A stretch of DNA of 64,000 nt, from NCBI GenBank assembly GCA_029564765.1, contig JAKQPK010000075.1, positions 4,603 to 68,602 on the forward strand. The letters run 5' to 3'. The stretch is from Candidatus Omnitrophota bacterium (GTDB taxonomy: Bacteria > Omnitrophota > Gorgyraeia > Zapsychrales > Aceulaceae). The translations under genes were made by a program, and so were the position numbers. How positions within the stretch are numbered: position 1 is the first letter of the stretch; every line of letters starts with the position of its first letter. A model generated the notes under the pieces. That model made no database searches, was not told where the DNA came from, and saw only the letters and a program-made list of their open reading frames with translations. Positions 58,134 to 64,000 of the stretch are shown here, one piece after another.

Positions 58134-58242
58134 GCAGCATAAAAAAGATTTTTCTTGGGAAGTTATTGACATTACTGTCGAAATTCTTTACGCTATTTAT
58201 AGATATACATATATTATATTTTAATGAACAGGAGCCCTTGAT

Positions 58243-58836
58243 ATGTTTTTCTCAAAGCCAAAAGAAGAAGAGGTATCTGGACAGCTTGAAATCGATTTGA
58301 TCATGTCCATGGTCAAGGCTGTTCAGAAAGTCGTTCTTCAGAAATTTGAAGAGAATTTTAAGGAAAAGCCTAAGATCGAGAAGAAAATGGTCGTGCAGTG
58401 GCAGGGCAAGATGAAGATCACGCGCCCCGCGGATTGCGTGTACACATCGGTTATCTTGATCGAACGGCCCAAGGCCAAGGATAACGGGATCATCATTTTG
58501 TATATTCCGGAGATGATCGCTGAAAGCGTCGCCTTGGCGTGTGGGGCGATGCGCAGCGAAGGCATGGAAGGCCTCTTGAGAGGGTGCGGCGTTTTCTTAA
58601 GCGATGTTGCTAGCATGTTTCAAGCCTATATGAATAAGCTTGGTTATGAGGAATTAAAGTTTTCTCAGACAACAAATTTCGCCTCTAACCCAAATCAGTT
58701 ATTTGACTATTATCAATCAACAAAGTTTCAGATCACATTTATAAAAGATGATGAAAAATTTGTTGAGTTCGATGTAGGTATCGGGCCGATCAAGAAGACA
58801 GCGACCCCAGCAGGTCCGCAAACAACAGTTCTATAA
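58243..58836 (+). CDS. Hypothetical cytoplasmic protein (197 aa) upstream of a receiver/hybrid-kinase pair
   Basis: ORF with an AT-rich upstream region. No confident family assignment. Confidence 0.4.
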   Translation: MFFSKPKEEEVSGQLEIDLIMSMVKAVQKVVLQKFEENFKEKPKIEKKMVVQWQGKMKITRPADCVYTSVILIERPKAKDNGIIILYIPEMIAESVALACGAMRSEGMEGLLRGCGVFLSDVASMFQAYMNKLGYEELKFSQTTNFASNPNQLFDYYQSTKFQITFIKDDEKFVEFDVGIGPIKKTATPAGPQTTVL

Positions 58837-58864
58837 TCAATGATAGGTTTGACAAGGAGGCTTT

Positions 58865-59263
58865 ATGTGGAGAATTTTGGTCGTTGATGATAATCCAAAT
58901 AATTGCATGCTTTTAGTTTCCACCCTTGAAGGGCTTGCGGAATGCGATGTGGCGGAGAACGGGGAAGAGGCTTTGGCCGCCTATGATAAGTCTTTAGCTC
59001 AACAAAAGTTTTATGATGCCATTCTGCTTGATATCGCAATGCCTGGTATCGATGGAGTTGAAGTCTTGCGGCGTATCCGCTCCAAAGAGGAGCAGGCCGC
59101 TACGCCTCAAGGCAAGGCCATTCCGATCTTTATGGTCACAGCCCATAAGGCGCCCTTCATGGATTCATTTAATACCGGATGTGATGATTATATTTTAAAG
59201 CCTATCGAGCCGGATAAGGTCATCATCAAGATCAAGGATCGGCTTGAGAATCCAGCATCTTAA
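58865..59263 (+). CDS. Response-regulator receiver domain protein
   Basis: 'ILVVDDNPNNCMLL', 'ILLDIAMPGIDGVEVL', 'IFMVTAH', 'ILKPI'. Confidence 0.75.
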   Translation: MWRILVVDDNPNNCMLLVSTLEGLAECDVAENGEEALAAYDKSLAQQKFYDAILLDIAMPGIDGVEVLRRIRSKEEQAATPQGKAIPIFMVTAHKAPFMDSFNTGCDDYILKPIEPDKVIIKIKDRLENPAS

Positions 59264-59292
59264 CATGACCCTTTCTTACCTTCTTATTAATT

Positions 59293-61917
59293 GTGCCCAT
59301 GATAAAAGATCTTAGGTCGATAAAAAAGTTTTTCTTAATTTCTTTAGAAGGCTTTGGGCTTGCGTGTGTCGCAAGCCTTATTTTTTGGGTCTTCCAAAAG
59401 GTGCTGAGTAGATCGCTCTCTCAAGACCTTGGAGAGCTTTGTTCTGTTATCGCAGCTGTTATTTTTCTCGCCATTAATTTTCTCAAAAGGATGCCAAGAT
59501 CTTCCCGTGGCAATTTTAATCTTACTATAGAACAACAGAAGGCCTTGCAGTCTATCTTGCCGGCTGGGATCTTTACCGTAGACCTTAACCGCAATGTTAC
59601 AAGCTGGAATATCGTTGCAGAAGAAATAACGGGTTATCGCGCGCAAGAGGTTGTGGGCAGGCCATGTACGATCTTTGCCAAGAAACCATGCGAAGAACGT
59701 TGCGGATTATTTGACCCTAAGACCAGCAAGCCGTTGCGTAATTATGAATGCGTTATCCGTCGCAAAGATGGTGCTGAACGGCATGTCCTTAAGCGCGCCG
59801 ATCTTTTATATGATGCTATGGGTCATATTGTGGGTGGAATCGAAAGCTTTGAAGATATTACAGAGCGCCGCGAATCTGAGCGAAGGCTTAAGGACTCCGA
59901 AGAGCGTTTTCGGACTATTTTTGAGAATTCAGCTATCGGTATTACCGTTGCCGATAACCAAGAGCGTATCATTTCCTGGAACAAGTATGCCGAACAGATC
60001 CTAGGAATGGAAAATAACGAGCTATACCTGCGATCGGTCAGCTCATTATATCCTGCTGAAGAATGGGAAAAGATCCGGGCGATGAATATTCGCGGCGAAG
60101 GATTTCGCCTGAATTTTGAAACAACGATGCTTCGCCAAGACGGAGCAACGATCGATGTGGATGTTTCGATCAGCGTTTTGCGTGACGGGGATGGCAATAT
60201 TTCCGGATCGATTGGCGTTATCCGCGATATCACCGGGCGCAAACTGCATGAGCAGATCTTGCGCGAGTCGGAGTCGAAATTCCGTTCTATTTTTGAGAAT
60301 TCCGCGATCGCGATCATTGTCACAGATAAGAATAACCGCCTTGTGTCGTGGAATCATTTTGCAGAGCAATTTTTGGGGAAAAGCTACGATGACCTGTATT
60401 TTCAACACATCAGCACTCTTTATACGCCTGAAGAATGGAAACGTATCTGTGATCTAGGTCTTCGCGAGCGTGACTCAGATCATCACTACGAAAGTCAGAT
60501 GATCGGCCGCAATGGGAAGGTTTTGGATGTAGAGGTTTCGATCGCTATTGTTCGCAATGAAAAAGGAGAGCTTACGCGTCATGTTGGTTTTGTGCAGGAT
60601 ATTACAGAGCGTAAAAAAATGGAGAGAGATCTTCGCGTTGTCAATGAAGATCTGAGGGCTAATGAAAAAGCGTTAAGAACACTACTTGAAGATCTCAACA
60701 AAACACATGAAGAGTTAAAAGAAGCGCAGGAAGAGCTTTTGAAGAGACACAAGGAAGAAGTCGCTCTTCGCGAGGAAGCTGTCGCTGCCACAAAAGCAAA
60801 AAGCGATTTCTTATCGAATATGAGCCATGAGATCCGTACGCCCTTGAATTCGATCATTGGATTCTCTCAGCTTTTACGCAAGATCGTCGCAAATGACAAA
60901 GAGAAGAAATTTCTATCGATCATTGAATCAAGTAGTCAACATTTGTTAAATATCGTTAATAACATCCTTGATTATGAAAAGGCGATCGCGGGCCGCATTA
61001 TGCTTGATGAAAGCCAGATCGATTTTAATGCTCTTGTTCAAGAGTCCTTTAAAGTCGTTGCCGGCAATGTCGCTAACCGTGCGATCGAACTTGGCTTTGA
61101 GGTGGATGAGAAGATCCCAGCGATTCTTTATGGCGATGATATGAAGATCAAGCAAGTATTGATCAATCTTGTTGCCAATGCTGTTAAATTTACAAAACAA
61201 GGGCATGTCAAGTTGTATGCGCATTTAAGCGATATTCGCGAAGATGCCTCAGGTAAGGTCTTTGATCTCTTGGTTCTCATTGAGGACACAGGTGTCGGTA
61301 TTCCTGAGCAGGCGCAGAAGAAGATCTTTGAACAGTTCACTCAGGCGGATAGTTCGACAACGCGTCATTTCGGCGGAACAGGGCTTGGGCTATCGATCTG
61401 TAAGGCTTATATTGAGTTGATGGGGGGCCGTATCTGGGTGGAGTCCACAATGGGGCAGGGGAGTAGATTTTATTTCAATCTTCCTTTGCGGGACAGTTTA
61501 GATAAAAAGAAGAAAATGGAATATCAGGAGCGTTTTCTTTCTTTTGAGAAAATTCACGTGTTGATCGCGGAAGATGACCCTGCTCGGCGTCAAAAATTGA
61601 CGCAGCTGCTCCAGGACTTTAAATGTCCGTTTGTCTGTGTTCAAGATGGCCAGGCCTTGCTTGATGAAGTTAGGTCAAAGCAATATGATATTTGTTTTGT
61701 GAATATCAAATTGCCAAAAATGACAGGGACAGCCGCGATACAAAAGATCCGTAAGGAAATGAAGAAGAATATCCCCATTATTGCTGTTACAGCAGCAAGT
61801 TTTTTTGCTGATAAGTCGAATTGCCTCGATGCTGGGATGGATGATTTTATCGCTGTCCCGATCTGCGCGGAGCAGGTCAAGGAAAAGATCTACGCATATG
61901 TCAAGGGTGTTGCTTAA
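59293..61917 (+). CDS. Hybrid sensor histidine kinase: 2 TM, three PAS domains, coiled coil, HisKA, HATPase_c, C-terminal receiver
   Basis: Three 'FENSAI(G/A)I(T/I)V(A/T)D' PAS starts. H-box 'MSHEIRTPLNSIIGFSQLL'. 'GGTGLGLSICKAYIELMGGRIWVES'. C-terminal 'VLIAEDDP...D'. Confidence 0.85.
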   Translation: MPMIKDLRSIKKFFLISLEGFGLACVASLIFWVFQKVLSRSLSQDLGELCSVIAAVIFLAINFLKRMPRSSRGNFNLTIEQQKALQSILPAGIFTVDLNRNVTSWNIVAEEITGYRAQEVVGRPCTIFAKKPCEERCGLFDPKTSKPLRNYECVIRRKDGAERHVLKRADLLYDAMGHIVGGIESFEDITERRESERRLKDSEERFRTIFENSAIGITVADNQERIISWNKYAEQILGMENNELYLRSVSSLYPAEEWEKIRAMNIRGEGFRLNFETTMLRQDGATIDVDVSISVLRDGDGNISGSIGVIRDITGRKLHEQILRESESKFRSIFENSAIAIIVTDKNNRLVSWNHFAEQFLGKSYDDLYFQHISTLYTPEEWKRICDLGLRERDSDHHYESQMIGRNGKVLDVEVSIAIVRNEKGELTRHVGFVQDITERKKMERDLRVVNEDLRANEKALRTLLEDLNKTHEELKEAQEELLKRHKEEVALREEAVAATKAKSDFLSNMSHEIRTPLNSIIGFSQLLRKIVANDKEKKFLSIIESSSQHLLNIVNNILDYEKAIAGRIMLDESQIDFNALVQESFKVVAGNVANRAIELGFEVDEKIPAILYGDDMKIKQVLINLVANAVKFTKQGHVKLYAHLSDIREDASGKVFDLLVLIEDTGVGIPEQAQKKIFEQFTQADSSTTRHFGGTGLGLSICKAYIELMGGRIWVESTMGQGSRFYFNLPLRDSLDKKKKMEYQERFLSFEKIHVLIAEDDPARRQKLTQLLQDFKCPFVCVQDGQALLDEVRSKQYDICFVNIKLPKMTGTAAIQKIRKEMKKNIPIIAVTAASFFADKSNCLDAGMDDFIAVPICAEQVKEKIYAYVKGVA

Positions 61918-64000
61918 GGAGCTTCTTCCATCTCGTTCTTAAATCTTGTCCAATTAATATCAAAGACAAAGAGTTGCGTTCTGCCCGTCATATCCTGCTC
62001 GCTAAGAAAAGGTGTGATATAGCTTAGCCCTTTGGCCTTAAAGAAGAAAAGCCTAGCGAGGATCGAATCCGCGATCGCTTCATCCATGAGTACGCATGCA
62101 TAGCGGTCTTTGCTGGCAGGAAAAAGAACGACAACGTAGGAAAGGCTTGGATAAGAAAAGTTCTTCCTAACGACATCTTGATCTGTTTGGTACATAAGCG
62201 CCTTTGGGATACCCTTGCCGAAAACCGGTGAAGAAATAGTACACGTTAATGCGCTCAGGTCAATCGCGATACCGTTATCAAAGAAGAGCACATCATTGTG
62301 ACGGCCGATCTGGTCAATGACCTGCGAGTAACGCAACATTCCTCCCTGGAGATTCCACAGAAGGTCAATAAAGTCTTCTCTCTTCATTTTCCGGACCTGC
62401 TCTAGGATTTCCGGAGCCTCATTGATCTCCTCGATCTTTTTTATGTTCCATCGTGCCGCGAAGCCAATGCCGATGTTCGTTTCCATCATATCATTGTAGA
62501 TCAAGGCATAGGATGGCGGAGGATCGCCATGCGTGAGGGCAAGCAGCTCTTGGGTTTGCTCAGGCGTAAGACGGGTGGCAAGTATGTGCTGTGCCTTTTC
62601 CTGTGAATGTGCCACGATCGAGCGGGTCAATTCGATCGCTTGCGAAAGCCTGAATCCTTGACTTAATAAATATTCCGTCGCCTTGTTCGCGCTGGTATTA
62701 AGCATTCTCAGTATCCCAAGCGTGTATTTTTCGTCAGAACTGTATAAGGCTTGCGCCATCCAATAGGCTTGGGGAATATTGATCGTTGCTCCATCGAAGG
62801 TCACGCGTCTTTTCGCCATAGCTTTTATAAAATGTCCAGGTGGCCACCAGGTATTGATAATGCTATCCGGTGGAGTTTTTTCTCTGATCGCTGTCAGGGC
62901 CTTATCCCATTGTTCGTTGAAGATAGGACGGATCCGCATAGCCCAGTCGCTCGCTTTTATAACGGGATTGATGAGCAAAAGGATTCCTAGCGCTATCCAT
63001 AGAACAGCAGTGCTTATGCCAGAGAATTGTGAGGGGATGCGGATCTTACCGATAAGAACATTTGCGCCAAGAAATATCTTCTGTAATCCATAAGCACCGC
63101 ATAAGCTGAAAGGTACGAGAAGTAAGATAGCAAAGCGTTGGGCTTTTAGGGTTAGGATCATCGCGCTTAAAAGGAAGATCGCAAGGAAAACAGTTTTATA
63201 AAGGGTTTTTATCTTTGTGCTTCTAAGATTGTCAACGAAAAGAAAAATAGCGCCAGCCGCTACAACAATAGCCCAAAAAAGATTCCCGCAAAGGTCGATC
63301 ATCTCACGTAATGTTGTGCGATGTAGCTCTCCGACACTTAAATAAATATCGGGCCAAAGACTTAGCTTGGAGGAGGAAAAGAATTCATTTAAGACCTGCC
63401 ATCCTTCTTGGAACAAGAAGAAGAATTGCCGGATGCCGAAAGACGCGACGATCCCCGTGGATGTTATCACAAAAGCCATCGCAAAGAAAAGCAAAGGGGC
63501 CGCAAGTTGTTTTCTGTTGAGCCTTGGCAGAAAAGTGATGGCCGCGATCACGGTGCCTGCCGTTAGGACAACGCAGAACATATAGACCCATCCCTGCCAG
63601 AAATATGCGTATGTGGCGATGCTCACACCTGTCAGGATGGCGAGAAGAGACCTTTTTTTTGTGTGTTCAAATCTTTCGATCCCTAGGAAGACTAAAAGCG
63701 TGATCAAAAGAGGAAAGAGGACATTATAAACATCGTTGTCATACCAGCCAAAGAAAGTCCTTCGGATAAAGATCGGACTTAGCGCAAAAAAGGTTGCTCC
63801 TAAAGCTGTGATCCAGGGCGTGATCATCAAAGAGCGACAGCAGAAAATAAATAAAAATATACTGATGATCGTTAAGGCGATGGGTGTAAAGCTTACCGCC
63901 TTCATAGGAGAGATGTGAGGATCGAAGGCGTGAATAAGCTTGTAAAAGAGAAATCCAATATGTGGATGATAATTGATCTTTTCCCAGTAACCTATAGGTG
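61914..64000 (-). CDS. Polytopic membrane glycosyltransferase, STT3/AglB/PglB-like oligosaccharyltransferase (putative). 5' end lies beyond the window
   Basis: Thirteen or more TM helices. First-loop 'WYDNDVYN' (DxD-like). 'WWPPGHFIKAM...DGATINIPQ' occupies the position of the STT3 'WWDYG' motif. The reading frame continues upstream of the annotated Met to the window edge ('PIGYWEKINYHPHIGFLFYKLIHAFDPHISPMKAV'). Confidence 0.45.
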   Translation of the reverse strand, partial: PIGYWEKINYHPHIGFLFYKLIHAFDPHISPMKAVSFTPIALTIISIFLFIFCCRSLMITPWITALGATFFALSPIFIRRTFFGWYDNDVYNVLFPLLITLLVFLGIERFEHTKKRSLLAILTGVSIATYAYFWQGWVYMFCVVLTAGTVIAAITFLPRLNRKQLAAPLLFFAMAFVITSTGIVASFGIRQFFFLFQEGWQVLNEFFSSSKLSLWPDIYLSVGELHRTTLREMIDLCGNLFWAIVVAAGAIFLFVDNLRSTKIKTLYKTVFLAIFLLSAMILTLKAQRFAILLLVPFSLCGAYGLQKIFLGANVLIGKIRIPSQFSGISTAVLWIALGILLLINPVIKASDWAMRIRPIFNEQWDKALTAIREKTPPDSIINTWWPPGHFIKAMAKRRVTFDGATINIPQAYWMAQALYSSDEKYTLGILRMLNTSANKATEYLLSQGFRLSQAIELTRSIVAHSQEKAQHILATRLTPEQTQELLALTHGDPPPSYALIYNDMMETNIGIGFAARWNIKKIEEINEAPEILEQVRKMKREDFIDLLWNLQGGMLRYSQVIDQIGRHNDVLFFDNGIAIDLSALTCTISSPVFGKGIPKALMYQTDQDVVRKNFSYPSLSYVVVLFPASKDRYACVLMDEAIADSILARLFFFKAKGLSYITPFLSEQDMTGRTQLFVFDINWTRFKNEMEEAP

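Overview
This 64 kb window is a chromosomal segment of an uncultivated-type bacterium at roughly 45% GC. Four scattered 'four-helix-bundle / 23S-rRNA-IVS protein' genes, plus the general gene content, suggest an Omnitrophota-like lineage. That placement is an inference only. From left to right the window contains: the 3' part of a 23S rRNA gene, a 5S rRNA and its terminator; a LemA–M48 peptidase pair; recG, rsmD, coaD, yceD(DUF177)-rpmF-plsX-fabH-fabD; a low-GC, translationally coupled module (FabZ-like dehydratase, KAS, CrtI-like FAD oxidoreductase, KAS) in the position where fabG-acpP-fabF normally sit; a dense signalling neighbourhood (two histidine kinases with polytopic N-terminal sensor domains, an HD-GYP protein, several stand-alone receivers, a BrnT/BrnA toxin–antitoxin pair, an XRE-cupin regulator) interleaved with the four-helix-bundle cassettes, each flanked by its own inverted repeats; a giant (~2,600 aa) secreted SpvB/FG-GAP/YD-repeat RHS protein carrying three novel internal ~135-aa tandem repeats, a Gly-rich C-terminal region and a putative permuted NlpC/P60-like toxin domain, followed by a small lipoprotein (candidate immunity protein); an IS200-like/RAYT tyrosine transposase unit bracketed by ~55-bp direct repeats; a DEAD-box helicase preceded by a promoter-plus-terminator mini-transcript; tRNA-Arg(CCG) followed by degenerate copies of its own 3' end; serS; a membrane-fused spermidine-synthase/TPR protein; a cluster of secreted proteins that looks like a chaperone/usher-type fibre system (pilin-like subunit, strong intercistronic hairpin, PapD-like chaperone, ~1,000-aa TPR/barrel/Cna-B-like protein); tRNA-Ser(TGA) preceded by a tandem 87-bp repeat that contains the tRNA 5' end; an LpoB-like lipoprotein; a hybrid PAS histidine kinase; and a partial STT3/AglB-like oligosaccharyltransferase that runs off the window end. 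Coordinates of non-ORF features were counted by hand and may be off by 1–2 nt.
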